NCBI GenBank assembly: GCA_045656225.1
Contig: JAZOQU010000019.1
Coordinates: forward strand, 13,320 to 77,319
Origin: Kiritimatiellia bacterium
GTDB lineage: Bacteria; Verrucomicrobiota; Kiritimatiellia; RFP12; UBA1067
Direction: 5' to 3'
DNA: 64,000 nucleotides
Every line of letters starts with the position of its first letter. Position 1 is the first letter of the stretch. The notes beneath the pieces are model-generated. The model ran no database searches. It saw nothing but the letters and a program-made list of their open reading frames with translations, and was not told where the DNA came from. This document shows, one piece after another, positions 19,647 to 30,375 of this stretch. A program made the position numbers and the translations under genes.

Positions 19647-20778
19647 TTTTTAACCTTACTAAAACATGTGCTGCATTGACAACAGACCATGCCCCAATAC
19701 CAACTATATCACGCTTTGTCATTATAAGTTCTTTAAGCTTCTTCCAATCCCCACAATGGAAAAGATTTTTATCTGGTAAAATGGCGCTACTAGCACCTGC
19801 TTCATATGTGCCAATAACATCCATCCCTTCTTCCAATGCCTCATTAACAACCGCCCCCCAGCCCTCCCAAGCATTACTCGAAAGAATATACAAGTCATGT
19901 TCTCTCATCACTTCGCGAACTTCGGATATTGGTAGAGGCTTATGAAAAAAAACTGGGGCGTTAATCCGGAAAGCCAACTTGCGCAAGTGACATTCTTCTG
20001 GCCCAACGCCAAACAAATCGACAGAAACATTTTCTAATCCCGCTACCGCACGAATAATTGTGTCAACCCTTTTCCACGCCAAAAATCGTCCAACCCATAA
20101 AATTTTTAACTCATTCTTCACAGTATGCGCATACTGAGTCGATCTCCTATCTTTTTCAGATGTTGCAACAAAATACCCCCACGTAAAGAGTTGTTTTTTG
20201 ATTAATTCATGTATTCTCAGATGAGATTGAGTTGTCACATTACAGCCAGGACTTTTTACAAAATTAATTTTGGGAGGAAACAACGCTCTCCATATTTTCC
20301 CCTTTGACAACATACATATTCTTACAAAATCTTTTGCAGCGTGTATTCCGTCAGATAGATATAGGAGATTATCATATTTACCAAACAGACGTCCTGCTTT
20401 AATAGCCATTATTAAATATGATGGCTTCAATAAACGCAACCATCCAGGCAGATACGTCATTATAGGCTTGAACCAACGTTCACTTGTATAATACATGCCT
20501 TTACCGCTTTCAGCGCGTTTCTTCCACAATACTAAATCTCTATGTTCGCAAAGAAGAATCTCACTATTTAGCAACCAATCACTTGCTTCGCCTGGATGCT
20601 CGCTCATATTAACCACCCATGGTTCCAAAGTCTCACTCCATCCCATTTCTTTACGCCCATCACCAAGTGCTTTTGTATATATATACCTAACTTCCTCAAT
20701 TCCCAATAGCCCCACCATCTCTCGTGCCAGCGGCATAAGATGAGGCGAAACCTCGTGTGCATAGAGACAAAATTTCAT
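19636..20778 (-). CDS. GT4 glycosyltransferase
   Basis: Start MKFCLY (ATGA overlap); LWVGRFLAWKR and EGWGAVVNEAL. Confidence 0.88.
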   Translation of the reverse strand: MKFCLYAHEVSPHLMPLAREMVGLLGIEEVRYIYTKALGDGRKEMGWSETLEPWVVNMSEHPGEASDWLLNSEILLCEHRDLVLWKKRAESGKGMYYTSERWFKPIMTYLPGWLRLLKPSYLIMAIKAGRLFGKYDNLLYLSDGIHAAKDFVRICMLSKGKIWRALFPPKINFVKSPGCNVTTQSHLRIHELIKKQLFTWGYFVATSEKDRRSTQYAHTVKNELKILWVGRFLAWKRVDTIIRAVAGLENVSVDLFGVGPEECHLRKLAFRINAPVFFHKPLPISEVREVMREHDLYILSSNAWEGWGAVVNEALEEGMDVIGTYEAGASSAILPDKNLFHCGDWKKLKELIMTKRDIVGIGAWSVVNAAHVLVRLKNDK

Positions 20779-21695
20779 TTCAAATGCTCCTTTAATATAT
20801 CCATCCGTGAATCCCAAGAACCGATTCTCTCTGCTATTTCTCTATTTTTGTCGACAAGCGACTGATAAGAGTCTATGTTGCAAAGAATTTTCTCCAATTG
20901 AGCCGCTGGGTTCACACCTAATTCAACAACTGGATTATAACCACAAAGGTCAACTAGTTCTTGAGGAGCATGGCCTGCAATTACTGTGCCAGTCAACATA
21001 AACTCCCAATACCGCTGGGTCATTGTTTCTATATTACCAGCACGCTCAGGATGCGTCATTGACTGCGGATAACAAATACTAATCTTTGTATCCTGCATAC
21101 CACGAACCATACTTTCATTATCAGCAAAAACTAGTCCTTCGCTTTGATATAAATGCATTATTGACCTAGAGAATTTATAATTAAGGATTGCAGAATGCAC
21201 ATATGGCATATTACGCCCTAATTCAAGAATGTCAATGGTTCGAGACACTAAATTCCCACCTTTCGGATATTCAGAAATCTTAACGCCCTCTGGAAGCCAT
21301 ACAGCATCAACATCGGGATAAGTACTTCTCACAAGCAAAGCCGTTTGTGAAGCTGTACAGAAAATCGTCTTTATTTTATTACGTTTAACGAATTTCAACA
21401 ACGTCGCTTCGCATTCTGGCCAACAATCCCATACGACAGGAACTATCTCATAAAAATAACACCATGGCCACGAAAAATAATTTGGCTTTCCACTCGAACA
21501 CACAATTAGTTTGTTTTTAGGTGAAGACCCTAAATGAAAACAAAGACCAAGTTTCCCAATGATTAATCTGAGGTTCCATGGCAATGGGATATCCGAAACC
21601 ATATCCATTCCAGCGTTAACGCACGCTTCAGCAAACCATCTTTTGAAATGCTGGAAGCGAAGTATAGAAAAAGGCTCAAGAATTTTAACAGACAT
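20775..21695 (-). CDS. Putative GT-B glycosyltransferase (polysaccharide locus protein)
   Basis: Likely start MSVKILEP; DILELGR, KISICYP and MTQRYWEFMLTG; operon context. Confidence 0.6.
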   Translation of the reverse strand: MSVKILEPFSILRFQHFKRWFAEACVNAGMDMVSDIPLPWNLRLIIGKLGLCFHLGSSPKNKLIVCSSGKPNYFSWPWCYFYEIVPVVWDCWPECEATLLKFVKRNKIKTIFCTASQTALLVRSTYPDVDAVWLPEGVKISEYPKGGNLVSRTIDILELGRNMPYVHSAILNYKFSRSIMHLYQSEGLVFADNESMVRGMQDTKISICYPQSMTHPERAGNIETMTQRYWEFMLTGTVIAGHAPQELVDLCGYNPVVELGVNPAAQLEKILCNIDSYQSLVDKNREIAERIGSWDSRMDILKEHLK

Positions 21696-22590
21696 AGTCG
21701 ATCCTTTTATTGATATACCTATGGCGCATATAGCTACGGACAAACAAAGATCCGTCCAATATCCTAATAAATAGCCATAAGACATACCAAATATTCTTAA
21801 ATGAGAACTGATAAGAATATCTACTTTTTTCGCGCAGATATTGCAATTCCAGCTCTTGTTTGCATTTTGTTGTAGGATCTATTTCTCCAGCTGTTTTAGA
21901 CTCCTCATGCACACGGAACGCCCATGAAAATCGATTTAACCTAACCTGCCTATATCCAGCCATCGTCAACCGTGCCCAATAATCATAATCCATTGCATAA
22001 TGCAAAGATTCATCTATTGGGCCGACCTTTGCGTATACTTCCCGATGGAAAAACGACGTTGGACCAAAGACTGAAAATGGCGCTTGATTCCTACATAGAA
22101 AAGGCATCTGTGTATGCGGCCCCCACGTTAAGTGGGTAATTCTCTTTGTTTCATCATTAAAACTAACGCGATTCGATGTAATCCATTTCGCATCTTTTCG
22201 CTTTCGATCCAGTTTGGCCAATGCTTTTAGTGTTCCTGGCACATAGACTTCATCTGCATTCAGCCATGTCAACCATTTCCCTCGCGAATGACTAAACCCC
22301 TTATTGAATGCCTCACTTTGTCCTCGATCCCTTTCGCTGCACCACCAACTCAATTTATCAGAATACATCCTAATTACATCCATTGAATTATCCGTACTTC
22401 CTGCGTCACAAATTATAATCTCAGCAAAGCACTTATCGCATCCAGCAATTGGAAGCATAGCCCGCCCAGAACTATCTACGACAGCCTCTCCGCACTGATT
22501 AACAATAGATTGCAACGCATCAGGAAGATATCGACCATAATTATAATTGGCAATTACAATTGATAAAAATATAGCTTGTGATTCAATCAT
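21685..22590 (-). CDS. GT2 glycosyltransferase (WcaE-like)
   Basis: SIVIANYNYGRY, DAGSTDNS, SERDRGQSEAFNKG, WLNADE and YAMDYDYW. Confidence 0.9.
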   Translation of the reverse strand: MIESQAIFLSIVIANYNYGRYLPDALQSIVNQCGEAVVDSSGRAMLPIAGCDKCFAEIIICDAGSTDNSMDVIRMYSDKLSWWCSERDRGQSEAFNKGFSHSRGKWLTWLNADEVYVPGTLKALAKLDRKRKDAKWITSNRVSFNDETKRITHLTWGPHTQMPFLCRNQAPFSVFGPTSFFHREVYAKVGPIDESLHYAMDYDYWARLTMAGYRQVRLNRFSWAFRVHEESKTAGEIDPTTKCKQELELQYLREKSRYSYQFSFKNIWYVLWLFIRILDGSLFVRSYMRHRYINKRIDYVC

Positions 22591-23923
22591 ATCGTCTAGC
22601 CTCCATTTCCATCTTATTAGGCAACACCAAAATTCGATTACCTACAGCACGAGCCAATATAAGACAAGCTATCAACAAAGCAACATCTTGGCGACGAGTT
22701 GCTATAGGACTAAACAAAATATGCCACACATAAGTTGGAATGGCAATAGCAAAATACCCAAACCATTGTGGAATTGATGCGGTATATTTCCTAAGGAATT
22801 GATAGATCAATCCCATCACATATAACCAAAATAAAAGACCAACTATGCCACAAGCAACCCACGCAGAGATAATATGAGAATGCGTTTGAATCAGCATCAG
22901 CGGGAAGGATTTCTTTTGTTGTTGATACTCAAATCTCTTAGCATCCTCCCAATTACCATAACGCAATAAAGTCTTATAATAATAACCCTCATAATCTATC
23001 GGCAACGCCCCATACCCGAGTAATGGTCTATCTAAAGCTGCAGTTAAGCCAACGAAGGGTTCAAGACGTCCTACTATTATCATTCCCAAGACCCCTTTAT
23101 TGCCATCCGTTTGATGATAATGTTTTTCAATAGCACGATCTGTTAATCTTCCTGTTTCTGCCAAATAATAATAACCCTGCTTAAACAACAAAATCACAAG
23201 CAATCCTAATATCACCACCCAAATAAAATTTCGTCCAATCTTGTACATACTCCTGCGACTTTTACGGCCTAATACCATTAATAAACATCCTCCAAATGCC
23301 ATTAGTGCCGCACTTCGCCCACTCATAGAAGTAACAGCTGCTACACCCAAAACAATAAAAGGCATAATAATAACATACATAAGGGGCGTATTCAAATAGA
23401 ACGCTTTTATTGGAAAATACAACAACATAGAAACCTTTTCTATCCAAAACAATTCTCCGTTAATAACATCTGAAACATCCATTTGAGAAAGCGCAACTGC
23501 GCCTTGTGAAGAGACTGCTGCTCGCGGATTTAATATAAAAATCGTTATTAAAGATGAAATAACAGCTCCTAAAAAATACCATCTCAATGCCTGCAAATCT
23601 CTTTTAAGAAAATGAATAAAAACAACAATAAATGATAATATTGAATAATATACAGCAACCTCCTTTATTATAAATACGAATGGCGCATGGTTCACCACTG
23701 AACTAATAACTATCATTAGAATTACAAAAATCAAAAGCCAAACAACTCGCGTTGCACGCACCCGCTTAATTTCTCCATATTCTCGTAACAATATCAAAGG
23801 AGCTAGAAAAAAAGCAAAAATTTCAGAAAGACTGAGGCAGCCAACAAAGAGCACTCGCGTAGCCGACCCTAGCCCCAATAAAAATAATGTTAAACCATTT
23901 TTTTGTCTTACGTTTAATTCCAT
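22583..23923 (-). CDS. wzy: O-antigen/polysaccharide polymerase (Wzy-like)
   Basis: Many TM segments, SGRS motif, large loop with PLLGYG and THSHII. Confidence 0.72.
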   Translation of the reverse strand: MELNVRQKNGLTLFLLGLGSATRVLFVGCLSLSEIFAFFLAPLILLREYGEIKRVRATRVVWLLIFVILMIVISSVVNHAPFVFIIKEVAVYYSILSFIVVFIHFLKRDLQALRWYFLGAVISSLITIFILNPRAAVSSQGAVALSQMDVSDVINGELFWIEKVSMLLYFPIKAFYLNTPLMYVIIMPFIVLGVAAVTSMSGRSAALMAFGGCLLMVLGRKSRRSMYKIGRNFIWVVILGLLVILLFKQGYYYLAETGRLTDRAIEKHYHQTDGNKGVLGMIIVGRLEPFVGLTAALDRPLLGYGALPIDYEGYYYKTLLRYGNWEDAKRFEYQQQKKSFPLMLIQTHSHIISAWVACGIVGLLFWLYVMGLIYQFLRKYTASIPQWFGYFAIAIPTYVWHILFSPIATRRQDVALLIACLILARAVGNRILVLPNKMEMEARRYD

Positions 23924-23964
23924 AACTAACAGATTTTAAAATTACATTCTCATCTGTACTATGA

Positions 23965-24909
23965 TTAAGGCAAATCTTTCAGCCATTGTGGATTATAACC
24001 AAACTCTTTTATTAAGAGTTCCTTATACGAGCAGTTAACATCATATAAACAAACCCCGTGATAACTTTTCGCCTTAACAGGAACACGCCACTCCCCATAT
24101 TTATTCGTTAAAATCTCTTCATATCCCTCTGGAATCTTTAAACTTAAATACTCAAAAGGCACTGTTTTGTAAGATTTATAAACATGACAGGACCATCTTT
24201 CTTTTGTGCTGCTCGTTAAAAATGAAAATTCACCACACACTCTACAATGTGAAAATCGATTTCGTCTAAACACCCACTCTCGTAAAGCCCAAATTTTCTT
24301 TCTTCCAATTAGTCGACAAACAAGCGCCGAAACAAAAAACTTCACCCATACACCTATTTTACGGCATTTATGAAGTCGTTCACTTCTTGCTAAAAGTATA
24401 GTTGTAAAACGAGCAAAAAATTTTGTAAAAGCCATCGAAATTCGATTTTGAGGGATTCCATCAACAGGAAATATATCTACACCAATACCCATATTACAGC
24501 ACTTATATGCCTCGGCATATTTAGGGTCTATGGCTGCAGTTTGCACATTGCGAACTTTAACATACCCACTCGCATACCCTAAATCATTAAACGGTGCTTG
24601 TAAAATCAACGGAAACCTCAATGGTTCCTTTGAAGATACGATTTCAATAAACTTGTCATAATCTGGTCTTGGCATATCAATATCAATATCATCATCCCAA
24701 GGGATAAACCCCTTATGACGAACCGCTCCAAGCAAACTCCCGCCCGCTAATGTATAATGCAAATTATATTTATCGCAAATACGAACAATTTCTTCTACAA
24801 TGTCTAACATCACCTTCCACACCGACTTCATCCGCGAATCAATATAATATCCATCACGTACCTCTGGTTGAAGAAATTGCTCCTTCTTAAGCATCTGCTC
24901 TTCCGTCAT
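23965..24909 (-). CDS. licD: LicD-family phosphotransferase
   Basis: GGSLLGAVRHKGFIPWDDDIDI and VDIFPVD. Confidence 0.92.
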   Translation of the reverse strand: MTEEQMLKKEQFLQPEVRDGYYIDSRMKSVWKVMLDIVEEIVRICDKYNLHYTLAGGSLLGAVRHKGFIPWDDDIDIDMPRPDYDKFIEIVSSKEPLRFPLILQAPFNDLGYASGYVKVRNVQTAAIDPKYAEAYKCCNMGIGVDIFPVDGIPQNRISMAFTKFFARFTTILLARSERLHKCRKIGVWVKFFVSALVCRLIGRKKIWALREWVFRRNRFSHCRVCGEFSFLTSSTKERWSCHVYKSYKTVPFEYLSLKIPEGYEEILTNKYGEWRVPVKAKSYHGVCLYDVNCSYKELLIKEFGYNPQWLKDLP

Positions 24910-24977
24910 TTTAATGAAATCCTTTTATATTACACTGTTTTAATATTACATTATCCTATAAAATTCACAATCAGCAA

Positions 24978-25376
24978 TTACACTTTTAACTTCTTCTTTA
25001 ACTCTGTCGACGAAATATCTGGTGTTCGCGGCAAATATACAACCTCACATAAATCCTTCAGGAAGTCAAACTTCCCTTTCCAATCATCACCCATCACAAA
25101 AATATCAATATTGTTATCAATAACATCTTGACGCTTCTGTTCCCAAGAATCTTCAAAAAGCACCTTGTCTACACACTTAAGCGCACCTACAATTTCAGCG
25201 CGTTGCCAATCGGGAATCGCACATTTCTTTTGCTTCTCTTCCCAATTAAAACGATCGCTTGAGACAACAACTGTAAGCGTTCCATTCTCACCACCCAAAG
25301 CCCTCGCTCTTTGCAATAGCTTCAAATGCCCAATATGAAACAAATCGTACGTCCCGTATGTTATAACATTCGCCAT
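24978..25376 (-). CDS. tagD: Glycerol-3-phosphate cytidylyltransferase
   Basis: VITYGTYDLFHIGH, VMGDDWKGKFD and YLPRTPDISST. Confidence 0.93.
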   Translation of the reverse strand: MANVITYGTYDLFHIGHLKLLQRARALGGENGTLTVVVSSDRFNWEEKQKKCAIPDWQRAEIVGALKCVDKVLFEDSWEQKRQDVIDNNIDIFVMGDDWKGKFDFLKDLCEVVYLPRTPDISSTELKKKLKV

Positions 25377-25395
25377 AATCTTCCCTTCCTTTTAT

Positions 25396-26406
25396 TTAAT
25401 TATATTGTACCATACCTAACGGATTATGCAATGATATTAATAGAACTCTAAACCACCCTGTTTTTAGAAAAATCCGCCATCTCAGACCATCTAATCGAGC
25501 CCATAGTAAAATATGACCTACAGCTCCACGCCGTAATAAATCTAGAACACACTTATAAACTTTAACACAATCTTCATGTTCTTTATCCAAACATCCACTA
25601 TACCATTGACGCACATCCTTCGCGACCCAAAATGTTGATGCCTCGACTAAACGTTTCAAATCTACATCAGACATTTTATTAAAAGCCGCAATTTTTTTCC
25701 AAATCTCTGCATATGCCGTCAATAACTTAAATGAGTCATCTCTTTTTCTTGGAGAAAATGTCGCACTACCTATTCTCTCTCGCCTAAAATACTCGCTTTC
25801 GTCTACTATTTTCAACTTCTTAGATTTCATTGCCACTTCAAAGCAAAAAAGAGCATCTTCTCTAAATCTAATTCCTTCAGAAAAATAAACTCCATCTAGC
25901 AGATTCTTCTTATAAAAATTTATAAATGGGAAGCCACATCTCGAAATAAGATACCAACCAAAGGAGAATATATCATTTGAAAAAATTTTCTCACTCGTAC
26001 CGATGATCGAACTCAGCTTAGGAGAATACATCCCCTTCTCCATATCCCAATCAGTCCACCCAGTTCTTATCCAATCAACATCCCTATCTACATTTTCATG
26101 AATATTATTTAGCCACTCTTTCCCCCATACATCATCCGCATCTAAAAAGCCAACCCATTCCCCTTTAATCTCTCCAAGGGCATTATTCCTCGCCGCACTC
26201 ACACCTGCATTCGCCTGATGAAATACTTTAAATCGCTTATCATTCGCAGCATATTCGTCAAGTATCGAGCCAGAATCATCCGTTGATCCATCATCAACAC
26301 AAATCGCCTCCCAATCAGTAAACGTCTGCGCCAATACCGAATCCAAGCACTCGCGTAAATACGGCGCTACATTATAAACTGGGATTATTATTGAAAAATA
26401 CGGCAT
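25396..26406 (-). CDS. GT2 glycosyltransferase
   Basis: FSIIIPVYNVAPYLRECLDSVL, VDDGSTD and FLDADD. Confidence 0.92.
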   Translation of the reverse strand: MPYFSIIIPVYNVAPYLRECLDSVLAQTFTDWEAICVDDGSTDDSGSILDEYAANDKRFKVFHQANAGVSAARNNALGEIKGEWVGFLDADDVWGKEWLNNIHENVDRDVDWIRTGWTDWDMEKGMYSPKLSSIIGTSEKIFSNDIFSFGWYLISRCGFPFINFYKKNLLDGVYFSEGIRFREDALFCFEVAMKSKKLKIVDESEYFRRERIGSATFSPRKRDDSFKLLTAYAEIWKKIAAFNKMSDVDLKRLVEASTFWVAKDVRQWYSGCLDKEHEDCVKVYKCVLDLLRRGAVGHILLWARLDGLRWRIFLKTGWFRVLLISLHNPLGMVQYN

Positions 26407-26416
26407 AATTTTAGTT

Positions 26417-27592
26417 TTAGTTCTTAACCAGCGCCTGTTTAAGCCAAGCGAAGGAATTCAAACGCAATTGAGAAATTTTCTTTTGATTATACGATATTTT
26501 ATCACCTTTACCAAAGGAGTGCAACGCTCCTTCAACATCATCAACAAAAAAACCTCCATTCACACACGAAGATGCGAACTCTTCTATTCTCGCAAACATT
26601 ACAGACCTCATTATATTTGAAGGTCTAATAAATCGTGCATTGCATTCAAATATTGATGAAAACATTACAGCATGGAACGAATCTGTTAATGTCCATGTGG
26701 CCCTTGAAAAGGCTTTTACGAAATCCCTTGGACCAGAAGATCTTAGAATATTAATCCTACTAGGTGGAATATTCTTAATTGCTTTACCAAGCGAATTAGG
26801 AATCGGCAATATAGCTCCATTATTAACTAGAATATCTACCTCACAGTTCATCTGCCGAGCAAAGTTAATTAAATAAGGCATGGCTTTATTTAAATCAACC
26901 GACATAAAATAACAGACCAACCGTCTCTTCGCATTTTGCTTCCAGGCGTCAACTCCAAACTTTTTGCGCCATGTAGCCGTTTCTACAAGTAATGTCGGAT
27001 CTACTACATGCGTTGCTTCATAGCCCAATCCCTTGCAAATTTCCACACCTTCTCGTTCGCGGCACGATATAGCCTTAAATCTGTTCAGTCCGCGCTTATA
27101 TAACGGAATAAAGTCTTTAGGTATTTCCCTTAGACCAAACGATGCCGCGTAAGAAATCGCCGGAAGTAAATTACATTTTTTAACCCCCTCCAACAGATAA
27201 ACAGTCGGGTCCCCCCAATCTCCACAATGCCAAACCTGATCACTGCCGACAACAATAAAATCTACGCCTAGAGCTGCAGGAGCATCTTTCCATTGAAGAA
27301 AATGATATGGGGTTAATTTTAAATATTTATTTAGAAACCTTTCCGTCTTTTTGTGGCGCCTATAAAGACCATAATCCCCAAGGCCCAATACTGAGCGAAT
27401 AACGAATTTAATCCAGTGCTTTAAGTTCCATTTGTTGTAGGTCCCAACCAATGGTTTTCTATCAGCGTCAAGCCAACGGTCAATAACAACCACCTCATGT
27501 CCCATCTCTTCAAGGGCGGTCTGCAACGCCCAACACTGAAGGACGCCACCATAATTTATCTGAGAATGAAATGTGAGAATACCGATTTTCAT
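26417..27592 (-). CDS. Polysaccharide pyruvyl transferase family protein
   Basis: IGILTFH..NYGGVLQ, VGSDQVW, ISCRE, DPTLL and TDSFH. Confidence 0.9.
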   Translation of the reverse strand: MKIGILTFHSQINYGGVLQCWALQTALEEMGHEVVVIDRWLDADRKPLVGTYNKWNLKHWIKFVIRSVLGLGDYGLYRRHKKTERFLNKYLKLTPYHFLQWKDAPAALGVDFIVVGSDQVWHCGDWGDPTVYLLEGVKKCNLLPAISYAASFGLREIPKDFIPLYKRGLNRFKAISCREREGVEICKGLGYEATHVVDPTLLVETATWRKKFGVDAWKQNAKRRLVCYFMSVDLNKAMPYLINFARQMNCEVDILVNNGAILPIPNSLGKAIKNIPPSRINILRSSGPRDFVKAFSRATWTLTDSFHAVMFSSIFECNARFIRPSNIMRSVMFARIEEFASSCVNGGFFVDDVEGALHSFGKGDKISYNQKKISQLRLNSFAWLKQALVKN

Positions 27593-28767
27593 TTACCTAA
27601 GGCCCTCTTCAAAATACGTTTGATTCGCGCTTTAATTCTATTCATTAACGGTAACATCAAAAGTTTCATCACTATTACATCAAAATCCTTAGCCTTACAG
27701 GCAACATTAAAAAAGCGCGCTCTATTTCTATGAGGAAGAGGAGATTTGACGAGTGCGGGATTAATCCGCACAGCGTCATCATAATCCGACGGTACTACTG
27801 TAAGCGCCGCGTTGATGTCGCTCCAATACTTTTCGCCCTTATCTGTATTAACCAATATCAGCGAAGTACCCTTATCATCATCCATCTGAGGGAACTTCTC
27901 ATGAACGCGCCAATAATCGGCGATCGTCAAATCAGCCCCACTGCGCAATTCGCGGCACTTGCAGTTATGGCACGACGGACGATTATAAAGTTCAGAGAGA
28001 AAGCCGCGCAAGAATGTATCTTCGGTTAAATCTTTTAGATACTCATTGTCATTCGCGAAGCGTAATGATAATGAGTATCTCTTCCAGCCGCAATTCTTGC
28101 GCCTGAAAGAGATTCTCATTATATCACTAAGCTCACCCGCCCTATCCGTATAATCGGTAGCGAGGCGTTTCTCAAGGAATTTACGCCAGGCTAAAGGCGA
28201 AGGCGCCGCGTGACAGATAACATCAACTAAAAGAAGATTATCGTATTCTTTACCGAGAAAAAACTTAAGGCCAGCGACTTGGCAAGGAGTTCCGCTAAAG
28301 AGGACCTTACGATTTTTAGCGAGCTCGCCTTTAACGCGCTTATAAGTTTCGCCCATATCCGATTGGACATACTTTGAGCCGCGTAAATCTTCAAGCTCTT
28401 CTTCGTTTTCAGCAGACTTATGAATGACGCGCCAATCAGAATGATCAAAACCCGCGCCAAAAACTATGCCACCGTCAGCGATAACTGCGCGAGCTAAAAG
28501 CGAAAAGACGCCGCCAGACGACGAGCGCATACGAAGTTCGTCGTCGTTGGCTTTCGCGGCAAAAATGGCGAGCGGCTTACGCGGCGCGGGGCGCACCAAT
28601 ACAGGGCAAGCCTTAGCACAAAGGCCGCAATTAACGCACTTAGCCGAATCAATTTGGGGATGTGCAAATCCTTCAGCGTCTGGCACCATCGAAATAGCGC
28701 CCTTCACGCACGCGGCATAACACGCCGAGCATCCTGTACAATCGGTATGTGTTGCAAGAGAAATCAT
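27589..28767 (-). CDS. 4Fe-4S / F420 hydrogenase beta-subunit (FrhB/FdhB)-like protein
   Basis: CTGCSACYAAC, CVNCGLCAKACP, SSSGGVF, GSKYVQS and GTPCQ. Confidence 0.9.
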   Translation of the reverse strand: MISLATHTDCTGCSACYAACVKGAISMVPDAEGFAHPQIDSAKCVNCGLCAKACPVLVRPAPRKPLAIFAAKANDDELRMRSSSGGVFSLLARAVIADGGIVFGAGFDHSDWRVIHKSAENEEELEDLRGSKYVQSDMGETYKRVKGELAKNRKVLFSGTPCQVAGLKFFLGKEYDNLLLVDVICHAAPSPLAWRKFLEKRLATDYTDRAGELSDIMRISFRRKNCGWKRYSLSLRFANDNEYLKDLTEDTFLRGFLSELYNRPSCHNCKCRELRSGADLTIADYWRVHEKFPQMDDDKGTSLILVNTDKGEKYWSDINAALTVVPSDYDDAVRINPALVKSPLPHRNRARFFNVACKAKDFDVIVMKLLMLPLMNRIKARIKRILKRALGK

Positions 28768-30314
28768 GCTCTACCCACCTTCGAAAGTAAACCTTTAATT
28801 TTGGAGCCCACGAAATTTCGCTCTTCCTTATTTAACAGAATCATCCACGATAAAGCGACTAAAACCGTTTCAACTAAAAGTCCGGATACCAAAACTCTAA
28901 CGAAAGAAGTTTTCATAAAAAGTCGTGGCAAAAGTCCTATACCTGCGGTTATTGCGGCGACCATAAAAAGCGGCAAAAAGATGTGAAACAACCAATACCT
29001 CGCCGATAATCCAACTAATTTGCGAGCAAACCAGACTCGCCCCCATGCACACATAGCCATAGTGATAACCATTGAATAACCTACCGCGTACACGTTCCAA
29101 CCGATATGCACAAATATCCAGGCAATCGGCAATGTTAAAAGTAAAGCCCCGCCCAAGAACGCCTGATAAACTGCGATTTTGCCGCGAGCATTAACAGCAA
29201 GCATATGACCTACCGAGGTTTTATCAATAATAACCATCGCCATAACCGACCAGCACAGACCGTCAGTGTAGCGCGGAGGATTCTTAAGCCATATCCTTAA
29301 TATTTCAGGCAATTCAACAGCTATTGGAATCATAAAAATTAAAAGGAGCAATGTTCCGATTTTGCAAGCTTGATAAGCTAAAGCCCGCATTCGATCCATA
29401 TCTCCTGCTCCGTAAGCATTAGCAATAGCAGGCTGAAACGCTCCAATTAAACTCGACGATAATGTGCCAGCATGATTAACAACATTACTTCCGAGAGCCA
29501 TAGCGGAATTAACCTTAGGACCAAAGTACTTATTTACCAGTATAGCAAGCCCCTGCCCGCGCAACATAGCCCCAAGACAGCCGAAAGTTTGCCATCCAGC
29601 ATAGTAAAATAATTCCTTAAACTTATCGGTCGACCATACATAAGAAAGCTTAAAACGGCATTCGGGAAAGACAATAATAGCACGAATGCAGATAATAAGT
29701 TGAGGGACTACCGACATTAACATTCCCCATAGCGCGTATTTTGCCAACCAATCGCCAGGATTGGAAACCATATAATACAGGAAAAGGAAGTTAAGCGTTG
29801 TAGTAGCGAAAGAATATATCGTTAACTCTGCTATATACTGTTTAGCAGTATACATCGCCTGGAATGGCACATTAACCATACCGATAAAGCATGAAATGCA
29901 CACAAAGCGAAAAACCCAAACGCATGATTCTATTCTATCGGGAGGGATGATAAGCCAGTGGCGCACAGCCCATTCGCCAATCGGATAACCAATCATCATC
30001 AAAATTATCGGAATAACAGTATGAATAAACACCGCTATCGAGAACCATTGGCGACAGGACTCAAGGCCCTCGCTACTATTCTTTTGGGCTGCGCCGATCG
30101 AAACGGCATAAAAGCGACCTACGGCAGTAGCTAGGAGCCCATTAAAGAAAGCTATAAACGCAGTTAATCCTCCAACAACACCATACAACCCAAAGTCCAC
30201 CTGCCCCAGCGCCTCCAACACCCACCGCGCCGTAAAGAGCCCCAGCACAAGCGCATAAAGCGACCGCCCATACGTGGCGATGATGTTTAGGAATATGCGA
30301 CGATTAGGGGACAT
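28764..30314 (-). CDS. wzx: Polysaccharide flippase (Wzx/MOP family)
   Basis: Start MSPNRRIFLNIIATYGR; LGQVDFGLYGVVGG; many TM helices. Confidence 0.88.
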   Translation of the reverse strand: MSPNRRIFLNIIATYGRSLYALVLGLFTARWVLEALGQVDFGLYGVVGGLTAFIAFFNGLLATAVGRFYAVSIGAAQKNSSEGLESCRQWFSIAVFIHTVIPIILMMIGYPIGEWAVRHWLIIPPDRIESCVWVFRFVCISCFIGMVNVPFQAMYTAKQYIAELTIYSFATTTLNFLFLYYMVSNPGDWLAKYALWGMLMSVVPQLIICIRAIIVFPECRFKLSYVWSTDKFKELFYYAGWQTFGCLGAMLRGQGLAILVNKYFGPKVNSAMALGSNVVNHAGTLSSSLIGAFQPAIANAYGAGDMDRMRALAYQACKIGTLLLLIFMIPIAVELPEILRIWLKNPPRYTDGLCWSVMAMVIIDKTSVGHMLAVNARGKIAVYQAFLGGALLLTLPIAWIFVHIGWNVYAVGYSMVITMAMCAWGRVWFARKLVGLSARYWLFHIFLPLFMVAAITAGIGLLPRLFMKTSFVRVLVSGLLVETVLVALSWMILLNKEERNFVGSKIKGLLSKVGRA

Positions 30315-30375
30315 GTCAACTGTTGCCAATGTGAAAATGTTACCAATTACCAAATTCAGAGCATTTTAATTCCAC

